Source: Somniosus microcephalus
Lineage: Eukaryota
NCBI GenBank assembly: GCA_052327205.1
Contig: CM126223.1
Location: 66,712,001-66,776,000 of the forward strand
DNA length: 64,000 nucleotides
Reading direction: 5' to 3'
A program made the position numbers and the translations under genes. Shown here one piece after another: positions 37,836 to 51,219 of this stretch; within the stretch, counting starts at the first letter, position 1; every line of letters begins with the position of its first letter. A model generated the notes under the pieces. It saw only the letters and a list, made by a program, of their open reading frames with translations. It did no database searches and was not told the origin of the DNA.

Positions 37836-40062
37836 TGGTTCATTTTCTTCAATGTTACTGTCAGTAGATTTTAAATATTTTGATTTCATGTCTTCAGTGT
37901 GTTGCAGCCTGTGCCACTTTGGGCAGGCATGCCTTGGTTAGCCATCATTGATTTAGCTTCCTCTCCAACAGTTGTACTTCCCTGACTTTTGTTGGCAGAG
38001 GCTGATAAAAACAAAGAAAATTATGATTGCAATTTGAAGTTTCATCTTAACTAGATAAATTAAACCGCAGACTTCAGTTTTCATTCATCTGTGCCCTTAA
38101 TATATTGTTGCACAGTAAGAGAAGTATAATTTTCCTAAGCAAACATTCCTACATTAAGCACATATTTGACATCTATTACAGTGTGTACTTCACTACTTTT
38201 TAAACGAAGCACTTTTCTTACATAATCATTTTAGCTAGTAAATAAAGTCAGGGGAAGTGGGCTTGATGAAGAAGTTAAGCTGTCATTTGAATGAATATAG
38301 AGAGCGTTTCCAGAGAGTCTGTTTCCTCATTGTTTGGCCCCTACATCAGCCTTTTTATTTGAGAAATTGAACATTGTGAATGTGTACAAAAAAGTTCTTG
38401 TAATGTCTAATATGGTGGTTGTGTTCACTAAGAAGTTTGACGTTGAATTTTTCACTCTATTCAATGGAAAGAAGTTTCTGTCAGTATATCTCGCGCCAAA
38501 AAGATATTTGTGGGATTATGCACACAGAAATGGGCCAATAAAATATTCCAATAAATCATAAATGAGCAGTGAACAAATTGTATCTCTAGCATTCACATTT
38601 TTCCCTGTGTGGGGGCCACAAAAATGTGTCAATACTTTCTTAAAACTGATTCAATGCAATTTGTAATCTGTGACCCAGATTTTTCTTGCTGTTATTCATC
38701 TAAAGGAATGTTAAATAAAACTATGGCATTTTATAATTATTAACATTTTCACATTGATAAAGCCAACACATTATAAGGAAGGAAATGAGCAATATAAGAA
38801 GGGAAATCTGAGTGGAAATAGCCTCTCAGCATAATATAGCACATGCACAGTGCCAGCAGATTTGGTCCAAATAAGGACCTGTTCCAGTTTTGGGTATAAA
38901 GTATCCAACTAATGGTGGCAGCCTAACCAGCAACAGTTAGAATTATTTAGCAAGATTGTCTAAAGACAAATCACAGCTGCACAGTTTAGAATTTTCTCTC
39001 TCTTTTCCTCCCCCCTCTCCCCAGATGAATAGGTTTGTGGAGGCTCCTGTGTGGAGACACTGAGACATTTTGTTCAGTCTGAACTAAAGATTAGGGTGAA
39101 CAGCCTACCTGAAATTGTGGAGAGTCCTTCAAACGCTCCTGGAAATCCACCCTAGACTTTGTGATGGGTGCTGGTTCATTTGAGGCAAGACTCTCATGAC
39201 TCCCTCCCTTAGCTCTCATTCTATTGCTCTGCTCATACTACCTGCCAGTCACTCAGTTCCACTCCTGCAAACCCCAGAAGTTATGACTTTGTGAACATTA
39301 TGACATTGTAGATCTCCTTGTAATCTTTGTGGCACTCGGTTTGAAAATAACTGCTGGACTATACTGAAGTTTATACTAATGCTACTGACATGTTAACAAC
39401 TTTTTAACTCCTCCATGTTGATCAGCAGCATCATCCTAAAGAACAAAAAATGGTTTTGAGCAAAACTGTTAATGTGAAGAACCAGCTAATGTAAATACAC
39501 TGGTTGAATTTTCCCTACTATAGGAAGTTTTGCATTGTGACATTAATCTACAGTAGTGACAAATGCTCAAAATAGGTACATTGGGCATCCCATTGTGATG
39601 ACATACTTTGCCTCACGAAAGAATAATGTTGGTCTCTATTAAAGTACAGTATCTTGAAACTTATTTTATTCAAGAATTGTATTTTTTTGAGGGGAGTCCA
39701 AGAACAGATTTTTTGTTCAGTGCTCTAATCAAGTATTATCTTGCTTGTTTATTTCTTGCTGTGGTAGTTATAATTAGTTGTGGAAGTATTTTTGTAGTGT
39801 GATTTGGGGATTCTTATTTTTGAGTCCTATTAATTTTGTGTCCCATGACGTGATCCCAATGAAATCTTTTTCCATACTGCATGAAAATTACTGCAGTGAA
39901 GGTTGTGTTTTTTCTTCAGTATTATTCAAAACCAGTTCAACAAACACATTGACTAGGATGAAGCACTTCAGTGGGTGGGAGGGGAATCATTTATTTATTC
40001 AAGGTGTGGTTGGGGGTGGGGGGGGGGGTGGAGAAGATAGAATGTGAACCAGTTCACACACT

Positions 40063-40825
40063 GGTCCGGAATTTGCTGTACTAATAGTGGCGAGGCTGTC
40101 GGCGCTCGTCGTTATTACTGGGTAAAACTGGCAGTAACGTCTGGTGTCTGCACATGCGCAGTTAAACGTGGCAATCTGGAAGTTGCTGTCAGTGATACCC
40201 TCATCCTCCACAGGCTGCACTGTTGCAGTCTTCGCCAATGGAATCTGCACAGAGATCACTGTCATGGCGTGAACTCATGCTAATTATCCACCATTCTCAC
40301 TCTGAAGACAGATGGAAAAAGTTAGGACTTGTTCAGTCAAGAGTAACAGAGTTTTTAACAGTATAGATCATAACTGCTGAACAACCTCTCTGGTCCTGAA
40401 AAATTAATTTTACAAGTGTGGAGTCTCATTCCCTCAGAAGAAAATTAATGCTGCACATTAAATTTTTTAAAATAGTTTTCCTGTTTTGCTCTTGTGTCTT
40501 TCCCTTAATCCCATGTGTATGTCTTAATCTTTATTTTGTTTCCTGTACAATGAGTTAAATGTAATTTATATTTCTTGTTTTTTACTTCCTGCTTTCCCAT
40601 CTGCATGTCTGTGAGGATTCTTCAATCTGATTGGTTGGTTGAAATTCCTCCCTGCTGCTTGTCCTGTTCACAGATGCCACAGATCCCTTGTAGAGGGCGC
40701 CAAATTCAAACTAACGGTGGATGCATGGAAGTCTCAGCGACAAGCCTGCTAAAAGTCTGTGAGCAACTGCATGCGAGGTGAACGGCAAAAGCCGTTCCTT
40801 CGACGCTCACAGCACAATCCGGGCC
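40063..40825 (-). mobile_element. MITE family B copy 2 (inverted relative to copy 1)
   Basis: TIR GGTCCGGAATTTG / CACAATCCGGGCC, flanks ACT/AAT; GCACATGCGCAGTTAAACG is the reverse complement of ~27850-27868. Confidence 0.8.
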
Positions 40826-43800
40826 AATATTTGGATACGTATGGTCTATGTGTCTCCGTATGCCGTGCCTATCCTGCCTGTCTTTGCTGCGCATTTTGAC
40901 ATGTCCTCAGTTGCAGTTTGCTGCCTCAAGTGGCTAAAGAGGTTTGAATGGGCAATGATGAGATTTAATAATTAACCAAATGGGAAGTGCTGTACTACAA
41001 CATTATGGCAGGGAGGAGTTACAAGGAATTTTTAACTGACTAATACAAGGTGTGGTAGGGCAGCGAAATGGGGGTGGGGGTGTTGGCACTGATCTAACTT
41101 AAATGTTGAATCTAGAGTAGCCAATTGAAACATCTAAAAAGCAGAGTGAAAGATGTGGAAAATGAGCCACAGGTTACTGTCGAGAAGTTATGTATGAAGC
41201 AATGGAAGCCAGAACAAAAAGACACAGAATTTCAAAGAACTGAGTATTATTTCTCTGGTGGGACATGCTTGAGGAGTGAAGGGAAAATCTTGCTGAGCCT
41301 GGAGGAAAATGAATCCTTTTTTTCCCTGCTGTCCCTTGGGGTTTTGTGGGTGTTTGAACGATGAAGAAAAATCAGAGAGCTGAGATGAAACCACAGAAGC
41401 AGAACAGTGAAGAAGAGGGCAAAAATTACCAATCACAAGAAATAGATGCTGGTTGGAAAAGTGTTTTTTATGTGTAAAAGAGGAAACTTTTGTGCTACAG
41501 ATTGAAGGTGTAGTAATGAAAGCAGTAGTCAAGTCTAGATGTCCGATAGATTATTCATTGAGTCTTCAAGGAAATTGAGCAGCTTCTGGTTTAAATATAA
41601 GACATAGAAATGTTCTTTGAAGCTGTGACAGTATGGTTTTGACACTTCAATCATTCTTTGGTAAATTCAAAGCAATGCCGAAGGTAGGAGATTGTGGGGG
41701 GAGTTTGGGGGTTCATGAGCATAAATGATGGAGCCAAATGTGATAGAAGGCTGCTTTGGTGATGAAGTATGCAAGGAATTCCCCCAAACCACACTTGGAA
41801 GTGAAAGACATATTATTGAATTCACAGAGATTGCACAATGATGAGAAATTTCCATCCCCACTCGAAGGAAATTTAGAAGCTAAATGAGGTAATGGATAAT
41901 GTAATTAATAATGCAGATAACCCTACGACAGGTACTTGGGTATTGCAGATAAAAGCTTTAACAAAATGTAGATATCCTAATGATTGAAATAAAGTAATCA
42001 AATGAGAGCAAGATGATGCATATTGCAAGAAGATTGAACACAGTCTGATTGGGATGAGGATAGATTAGATTAGGTGAGAATGAGTGTGGATTCAATAGAA
42101 TGAAGAGACTATTTCAACTTGATCCGCAGAGGAATAGGAGATTTTCTGCATAGTTAATGGACTAAATGATAAGAAATAAGATTGTTTGTCTTTCTGAAAT
42201 AATGGCCTGGCTTTCCTTTTGTTGCTGGCCAGTGGCCTGCGGCTGCTGGGAATCTCACTCCTGCCCACCAGCCGGTTGCCCTCGGTTTGTGGCAGGCAGG
42301 CTTAGTTAAATCAGTGCTTTAGTCTACCCAAAAACAGCTATGTCTGCAGCTTTACATCATTCTCTGCTTGTTAATGTATCTTGTACTCTGTGCTCCTGCA
42401 CTTTAACCTTGTTGTTTAGTTTGAAGTTTCAACCTTTATGGAAAACAGAAAATTCATTTTGTTCAGCCTATTTAAAAAAATTATATTTGCAAACTATGGA
42501 TGTAAAGAGATAGGAGGCTTGTGCTATTTTGGGGAATAGCTCCAGATGTTTTACTTCAAAGGCTAGCTGGTTAGATTTATTTTCAGTAACAGTTGATGCA
42601 TATTTTGAAGGCAGGAGGTACTGGGAACAATTTCAGCCAAAATCAGAATGAGACTCATGAGAAATCTTGTATTTTTTTTCTTAATAATTTGAAGACTGAT
42701 GCTAAGTTGGTGTTTAATATGTGGATGATAGGATATTACTGAAAATGTTTCTTTAAATCGTGTATTAATTTAAAGTTAACATTTTTATTGATTAGAAATA
42801 TGTTTCTAATTAACTTGCAGACATTTTTGATAAACTTACAATTTTGATGTGTTAAGTTTGAAATTTTCATAACAATCCCTTTGGAGAGGACATACTGAAG
42901 ATTTCATGGTGCAATTAAGAAAACATTTTTGTAAAAGAGATGTATTTCTTTGTTTTAGTCAAACTGTTGATATACTGTAGTGAAAGTTGGTGCCATAGAA
43001 TTTCAAGATTAAACAGTTAGTTTGCAAGCCTGTTTGCAAATGAGCAGAAACTACGAGTTAGTTTTGAAGCATATGTTGATCTTTTGACCAACAAGGTTGA
43101 GTACACAAATGCTCATAGGTTTCAACATTGGTCATTTATTGTATAAATCTTTACAGTTTTGCAAAGAGCCAGGTATGTAGCTTGAGGAAGCTGTCGCAAA
43201 TCTTGCTTAGTTTACTTTTGGTGTCAAACTAGTGCATTTCCTGTAGTGTTTATCATGGGTTAGAATGGAGGGGAAATTGTAGAGTGGGATCTTCATGCAG
43301 TGATTGAGCAGAGATTTAATGTCTGCTGTGCATAGGCGCTTTAGGTTAAAGACTGTTAGGGTTCTGAGTTTAGTGTGTGTAGGGAGGGCTGAGAGGCTCA
43401 TGGACTGCAGTGTTCAAGAAGGCGGCTCAAGGGCGATTATGGATAGGCAATAAATGCTGGCCTTGCCAGTGACGCTCACATCCCGTGAACAAATTTAAAA
43501 AAAAAAAAAAAAAGAGGCTGTCCCATGTGTAGAGTTCTAAAGTGGGAGTGCGGGAAGTTTGGATCTACCGCAGTAGAAAGTATGGGTGCATTTTTGCATT
43601 TATTTCCCTGTAGTGTGTTGGGTGGGGAACTGTTACGGTTTCTTTCAACTAAGTAATTGTTGGAGCTGCAAGATATAACTATATTCACGCCCCTAAACAT
43701 TATCATCAATGAACTGAACTCAAGCCCTTTATGTCAATTCTAACTGCAGTACTTAACATCCACCAAGTAGTGTGTCTTCTTTAATTAATGTTGCTGATGT

Positions 43801-44519
43801 GCAAGAGCCCTTTCAATTTATTAGCCTCACATCTTTATTTTCGTTAATTTGGTCAACTTTTGTTCCAATTTATTTAATTCATTTAACCCCACCATTGTCC
43901 ACTTCCTTTAATGTATTTATTTGGTCCTGTTTCTCCCTATTCTGTACCTGAATCAGCCATCATCATTTAATTAATTTTTCGCAGTTTTCTTTCCCCTGTC
44001 CTCTTCCAACTCTCTCCTGACCTCCCTGCATTCCCTTTTCCCTATCTTCTATCCCTTTTGACTTCTTCCATCCTCTTCCCCCTCCCCATCCTTTTCTTCC
44101 TGCTATCCCCCCCATACGCTACCCACTCCACAAAGTCATGTCACTGGTTCCAACAATGCAGCTACTTCCTTTTTAACTTCCGACCCTTTGCTGACATCAT
44201 CTGATGACTTGATTCTCTTTCTTCCCTCCTCTGCTCTGTAGATCTCTAACTTTCCTCTTCTGGCCGCTCTGCATTGTATCTTCCCCCATTGCCCTATTCT
44301 CGCTTCATATCTTTGTAGTCCTACTTCAGCCCTGGTCCAATTACTTTCCACACTATAACCCTCCTTGACATGAAGATTGCACTTCGTTTTGACTCCCCAT
44401 GTGGTACACCACTGGCGATTGACTTTTAATTATTATAGACATTGAGTGGTCTCCAGATACCTAAGGTATTGTAGCTGTAGGTGATGCTGTAGACATTACG
44501 TTACATAACTAATTGTGAG

Positions 44520-44737
44520 TGGTGAGAATGTGGAACTCGCTACCACAGGAAGTGCTTGAAGCGAATAGTATAGATGCATTTAAGGGGAGGCTAGACAAGC
44601 ATATGAGGGAAAAAGGAATATAGGGATATGCTGATAGATTTAGATGAGGAAAGACAGGAGGAGGCTTGTGTGGAGCATAAACGCTGGCATGGACCAGTTG
44701 GGCCGAATGGCCTGTTTCTGTGCCGTATGTCCTATGA
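44520..44737 (+). mobile_element. CR1 3' tail fragment
   Basis: VVRMWNSLPQEV...DAFKGRLDKHM then tail GGCCGAATGGCCTGTTTCTGTG. Confidence 0.85.
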
Positions 44738-44939
44738 ATACAATGGGGCAGTACCTAGTTAACTGGCAACCCCAAACAGCGCACACAGTAATTCCCTCAT
44801 AGTCATTTAATTAAAATATTCCTGATTGTGAATTCCCAGGAACTAGTGAAGTGAAAAGGACAAAGTACTAAGCAACCTGTGTGGGGAAAAATTAATGAGG
44901 CTTTGCCGACAAGAAAGTTGGAGTTGGCGAACTGATCCA

Positions 44940-45085
44940 GGCACCACACTTTAGGAAGGGTGTCAAGCCTTGGAGAGGGTGCAGAGATTTACTAGAATGG
45001 CACCAGGAATGAAAGACTTCAGTTATGTGGAGAGACTAGCGAAACTGGGGTTGTTCTCCTTAGAGCGGGGAAGGTCAAGGGGAAC
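44940..45085 (+). mobile_element. CR1 fragment
   Basis: Remnant of LERVQRRFTRM.PGMKDFSYVERL.KLGLFSLE. Confidence 0.8.
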
Positions 45086-45520
45086 TTAACATTCATCTTT
45101 CCCTAAAGAAAGGGAAACTGAAGTTCTCGATGATGTAGCCTTAAAGACGCAAACTGAGAGGTCACATACTGAGCATTGAGAAGATTTACGTGAAACGCAA
45201 ACAATTTAAGTTCCCTTTGTGTGGTCTTCATGACTAGCCTTAGATTTGCAATCATTTTGATCAAAGAACATTTGACACTAAATGTCCTTCAGCTCATCTC
45301 TGCTATAAGTCAGAACCTTGAACGTTATGCTTGTACCCTGTGGATACTGAATAAACTTCTTTTCCTTCAAGGGTTGGAATGATAGTACAAAAAAAATGTT
45401 AAAATGTTTAAGTACTATACATTAAAGTTCTCTTGATTCTTGTTGGTTATTTTTCAGCAGCTTTAGCAAACATTAACGATATTTTTAATCTTAAGAACTA
45501 CTGGTAGAGATAGAAGATAA

Positions 45521-46734
45521 AACTTTTGCAGTCAGCAGCGAAGGGATGGTGCTTAAAAAGCTGCCCACAAAGATTTAGCGGGCTCTAGAGTGTTGATTTC
45601 CTCTATTCTGACGTGCCTTTAAATTTTTTGCCATTTGTGACATCTAAAAGTGCAGACAGCAGGCAGGCTGATCAGCCAATCAGATTGAAGAATTCTCACA
45701 CTGCAAAGCAGGAAATAAAAAGCAGGTTTTATAATTCATATTTTAATCATTTTACAGAAAGTGAAATAAAGATTGGGACATAGGAGTGGGATTAAGGTAG
45801 AAGCTGAAATATTATAAACTTTAAAAAAGCAAATTAAAATTATTTTTTATTTAAAAAATAATGGAATTTTTAAATGTTCTTCCGGGGCAATGACACTCCA
45901 TATTTAAAATTAGTTTTCAGGTCGAGCGAGGTTGTTCAGTAGCAATTACGACTTAGTAAAAGAAAGGAAGACAGACTTGCATTTATATAGCGCCTTTCAT
46001 GACCACCAGACGTCACAAAGCACTTTACAGCCAATTAAGTACTTTTTTGAAGTGGAGTCACTGTTGTAATGTGGGAAAAACAGCAGCCAATTTGTGCACA
46101 GTAAGCTTCCACAAACAGCAATGTGATAATGACCAGATAATCTGTTTTTGTTATTTTGGTTGAGGGATAAATATTGGCCAGGACACCGGGGAGAACTCCC
46201 CTGCTCTTGTTTGAAATCGTGCCATGGGATCTTTTACGTCCACCTGAGAGAGCAGACGTGGCCTCGGTTCAACGTCTCATCTGAAAGACGGCACCTCTGA
46301 CAGTGCAGCACTCCCTCAGCACTGCACTGGAGTGTCAGCCTAGATTTTTGTGCTCAAGTCCCTGGAGTGGGACTTGAATCCACAACCTTCTGACTCCGAG
46401 GCAAGTGTGCTACCCACTGAGCCATGGCTGACACCCAGTACGCCATTAAAAACTCAGTTACACCTCATTCAACGAGGCTTAACATTTTCAATGGGTTTTA
46501 CAGTGAGAATAGTGCGTAAAAAGCTGAAGCTCCCATCAATTCACTGCTTCTATATTGATTGCATTGGTGAAGACTGCAACAGGGCACACTGTGAAGGAGC
46601 AGGGCATCACTGACAGCATCGTCCGTATTTCCGCGTTTAACTGCGCTTATGCAAATGCCAAAAGTTGTCAGTTTTGCACAATAATGATGGCGAATGCTGA
46701 CAGTTTCCCTGTCGTTGCAACAAAATTCTGGGGC
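45521..46734 (+). mobile_element. MITE family B copy 3, with nested Deu-SINE
   Basis: TTTTGCAGTCAGC start; end CAAAATTCTGGGGC|AAT; shared ATTTCCGCGTTTAACTGCGC. Confidence 0.75.
45958..46434 (-). mobile_element. Deu-SINE (SacSINE1-like), full length
   Basis: tRNA-like head, Deu core (GGAGTGCTGCACTGTCAGAGGTGCCGTCTTTCAGATGAGACGTTGAACCGAGG on minus) and L2-like tail. Confidence 0.9.
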
Positions 46735-47030
46735 AATGTGATTTCAGGGTGTTTCAAGATTCAGCTAACCAGTAATAAGCAGTACCCAGTTATCTTCTAT
46801 TAATGTAGACTTTTTGAACACTGCAGGGTTTGAAGGGATAATGTCCTAGCTTTGATCCTTACTAGGAAGATTTCTTTGTAACATAGTTTGTAAGCTGGTG
46901 TAGTACTGTACTAAGCAGAACTTCTGTTAGTCCAATAATGTTTAATTCTTTGTAGTTCAAATACTTGGGTCCTATAATATGTTAATTCAGTCAAATCTTT
47001 GAATACATATTTTCTGAAGTATTTTAATAG

Positions 47031-47460
47031 GTGTCAGTCTTGGCGCAGTGATGGGACTCAAGGTTGTGGGTTCATGCCCCACTTAAGCACTGTGGGTGAC
47101 TTAAGCACATAATCTAGGCTGACACTCCAGTGCAATACTGAGGGAGTGCTGCACTGTTGGAGCTGCCTTTGGATAAGACGTTAAACCGAGACCTCATCTC
47201 TCCGCTCAGGTGGATGTAAAAAATCCCACAGTACTATTCAAAGCAGAGCAGGGGAGTTTTGCTGGTGTCCTAGCCAACATTTATCCTTCAACCAACACCT
47301 AAAAACAGGTGATCTAGCTATTTATTTAATTGCTGTTTGCGGGCAAATTGGCGGTTGGTTTTCTTCATTACAACAGTGACTACACTTCAAAAGTACTTCA
47401 TTGCCTGTAAGGCACTTTGGGACATCCTGAGAACATGAAAGGGGCTAATAAATGCAATTT
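47031..47460 (+). mobile_element. Deu-SINE (SacSINE1-like)
   Basis: GAGGGAGTGCTGCACTG...GACGTTAAACCGAG...AGGTGGATGTAAA; inverted relative to 45958-46434. Confidence 0.88.
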
Positions 47461-50314
47461 AGTGCTTTCTTTACACGTGTTCACTATCAAATAATTCCAT
47501 CCAGGTCTCTGGTATTTCCCTGTTGAATAAAGTGTAAAAGATTGAGCCAAAATTCAGAGGTCCTGAGACACAGCAGAAGTGCTGCTTGAGAATGTAGCAT
47601 TAAGAAATGGTGCTGGCCACAGAAGTAGTTGGGCAAGACCATCAGTAAATGTAGACAGGATGCCTATACCGACATACCAGCTGAAGTATGAGTGCTACGA
47701 TCAAACAGATTGCCTTATTAACCCTTAAGTGCACGCTGAACCAAAAAATGGATAGCTACGATATGAAACCAAAGTCTCAATGTTTTCCCCTGCAAGTATG
47801 TGAAATGCAATAAACTGCAAATGGCATGTAGCTGTCTATTTCATAATCCAGAAATAAAATAAAAATTCAAAAGGTGGCTGAAGTTTAGATCAAGGGCACT
47901 ATGACTAGGAGGAAACCTTTCTTTTAATGTATCCTGTAATCTGTTAGTCATCATTTCTAACATTGCAAAATCCTATTGCTGCATTCTCTTTCTTTTAATA
48001 TACCTGAATTAGTTCAGATAATTTGGTACATATTGAACTGTGATTTTTATATCGTAGCTTGCATTAAAATCATAGATCAAATTGGCTTGTATTAGCTTTG
48101 GCTTGTTTCAAAGAGAAGTAGTCATGTACAGTAAACAAGTCTGAATTCCAGAGCAGGCCATCTAGATGAATAATCCCAAGTGTGTACTCGCTCACAGAAT
48201 TCTTTATCTGTAATGTCATGCATAGTCAATTGATGAAGCACTTTATATTTCAATAGAATGCACACTTTTTTTTTCTTGGTTACGTTTGGCAGTTCATAGG
48301 TTCAAAAGATGTCTAAAGATTTATACCAGCTATGTTAATCTGTATGTATAGAACATTTATAACATATGAACTTGGCGATTGGGACATTACTACTACATTG
48401 TAGTCTTGATGTATTGAATATCCTCATATCAAACTGATGCATCAGTTGGTCCCACCTCTGCAAAAAATCGTATTTGAACTTTTGATTCAACTTCCTATTC
48501 AGCAAAATACTTTAGTGGTTTTGGCGTGGTCAAATTGTAGGATTGGCAGCAAGGTGTCGCAATCTGTTGAATGCTGTCATATTTTGGATTCTTTATGGAT
48601 GTGGTCAGAAATAAGGTAGAAAAATCCTCAGAATTTAGTGTTGGCATTCAAAATTGTACAGTAATTCTAAGTCATGTAGCTATGTGTCACAGTCTTTGTA
48701 GAGCCCATTGAGACCCCAAAATTTAGGAAGAAATATGCATTGCATTTTGGGTTTTATTTTTAAGATAGTTGTTGCAAACTTACCTAATTATACAAATAGG
48801 ACACTCATGAACAATAAGACTCATGATCTGAATTGGATATTGTCTTTTACATGTGTCCTTGTGTACACTTCTCCAATCTTTCTGAAGGCAGACTGAAACA
48901 TTTTTGTGAGATGAGGCTAGATAAGAATTGTTAAGCTGCTTTATTTTTTTAAAACATCAAATGAACGTACAGAATAACAGTTGTAATCAAATCTCACTTT
49001 GATTTATCTAACGACAAAACCCTTCTTGAGAGCAAGAAAAATAATAAAAATATGTTACACTATCCCTATTAATGAACTTGAACAACTCTCTTGTGGTCAG
49101 CCTTCTGATCCTGACTGGCTCTGGGCTTGGAGTGAGTTTCCCTTCGCTAGGCCAATCTTCTTCCCCAGTCCTTGCTGGTGGAATTTCTGACCAAGTACAG
49201 TGTACCTCTTTGTGTTCGGAGCAAGTGTGAGGACTGTGTCTCTGACTCCTACCTCAATCAGTGATTTGCCAGTGGGCTTGTCAATAAAATTGGCTATCTC
49301 TCTTTCCCCACCCCCTTGGGTCAAAAGAAAACATCTTCTGCTGTTCTCAATATGAATAGGGGCTTAAATGGACCCACAATACGACAACTGACCCTCATTG
49401 CATCAGTTTGAAACTGAGCTGCAGCATTCCACAAATTGGCTTCTCGGGCCTTAATGCACATTTTCCATGCCTGTGGCCTGTGGCTTTTCTAAACCTGTGC
49501 AAACTCATTTTGTTTTAAAACACAGCACTGAAACATAACTCGCTTTTAAATGCTTTGAAGAAAAAAGATCAAAATTCTCACTGTGACTGCTCTTAATTCA
49601 ACAATGCTGAATATGAATTGCTGTTTAATTCAATTTTTTTCAAGCAAAACATGACTCTATTCACAGGAGACAAAGGCATATTAAAATTGTGGCAATATTT
49701 AGATTATTTTTGTATAAACTTGTAAAGCAATGCTAGACTTTGATTCTGGGATATGGTGCAGAAGGACTAGTGCAGATTGATTCAAAGTTGAACTTTTAAG
49801 CGAATTGTGAGCCAACAATTCTAGAAACCTCGCAAAGTGAAATTCACATTTAGAACTCCAAACATAGGATGGAACGTTCACCCGGAAACAGCTGTCTTCC
49901 ATCTCATTAAAGGTCAGCTTTGTTGTGTTTTAAGTTAAAAATGTTGCATTAATTCCAGTGACCGTAGAAGAAACGTATACTTGTGGCAACATTTAACACA
50001 ATTAATCTAGGTTCCTTATCTCTAGCTATTAAATACCTACAGAAGAAACGAATACATTTTTCATTGCTAAATTTTACTTGTTATTTGTTATATACTTATA
50101 AATTGGTTTTACTATACCTTCAAACTGCATTTTGCATTTAAAAAGCAAATTTTAAAAATCACATTAATGTTACACTGCCTACACAGACAGCTGCTGTTTT
50201 TTTGAATATATTATTTATAGAAATTTTTATTTTTATTTAAATTCTAACCATATAAGTAGAAAAACTGTAGAACAAAAAAAAAAATCAGATTACACAATAT
50301 AATCCTGTAGTAAC

Positions 50315-50421
50315 AACAGAAAATGCTGGAAAAACTCAGCAGGCCAGGCAACATCTGTGGAGAGAGAAATAGAGTCAACATTTCAGGTCGAAACCCTTTG
50401 TCAAGACCTGTAATCAAAACC
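50315..50421 (-). mobile_element. 107-bp Penelope-derived mini-insertion containing a minimal hammerhead ribozyme
   Basis: 16-bp direct repeat ATAATCCTGTAGTAAC at 50299-50314 and 50422-50437; pLTR-like body. Confidence 0.8.
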
Positions 50422-50654
50422 ATAATCCTGTAGTAACTTTGCCCCAAAAAACACAGTGAATTGAAAATTCAATTGTTTTGAATATAATGGGAGAAATGGT
50501 TTAATAATTATTGCCAGCAAGGAATTAAATGTTTTTTTCTTAAACTTAAGTATAAGATTAAGAAATGTTGATATTTTAAGTGAATCATAGCGTTCGACAT
50601 ATTTTTATTTTAGAATTCGATCAGTTAGCTCTTTAAAGAGAAAAGACAAATAAC

Positions 50655-50960
50655 GATGTGGGTGTATACCCATCTGTTTAAATCCCTGCATGATCACGTC
50701 TGTCTCTGTAAATTCTCTGTTACTCTTGACTTCTTGTGCATTGCCCCACCATTGATGGCCATGCATTCATCTACCTCTGTTCCATGCTTTGGAATTCTTT
50801 GCCTTAATCCTTCTCTCACTCCACCTTCCTCTAAAACACTCCTTAAAATCCACCTCCATTGACCAAGTTTTTGGTTTGGCGTCAGTGTTTTTTCTCCGGT
50901 CTCTGAGAAGCACCATGAGGCATTTTCTATGTTATATAAGCTAATATAAATGGTTTCTGT
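50655..50960 (+). mobile_element. Degraded L2 3' end
   Basis: TGGAATTCTTTGCCT...TAAAACACTCCTTAAAATCCACCTC and L2-like tail remnant. Confidence 0.65.
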
Positions 50961-51219
50961 GGCTGTTCAGAACTGAAAACTAAGATAAGTAAGCATTTTA
51001 ATTTGGTTGGAAAAATAGCGTAAAAAGGAGAGGGAAGAAATCGCAGATATTCCAATCGGAGAGAGAGAGAGTTAATCGGTTGTATAACCTGCCATTTTAA
51101 TAGAAAACTGTTAGATGATATAAAAGATCATCTCAATGGGAAAGATATTAAAAGAAAAAATGTGCACTTATTTAGGAGGGTTGAGGGAAGGAAAGGGTCC
51201 ATACCAATGGGGTGAGAGA

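Noticed and set aside
41100-42200. Purine-rich stretch that might be a decayed retroelement coding region
   Set aside because: No motif could be recognised with confidence
35925-44470. Possible microexons (35925-35942, 39025-39032, 44457-44465)
   Set aside because: In-frame stop, wrong phase or weak polypyrimidine tract; no support without RNA data
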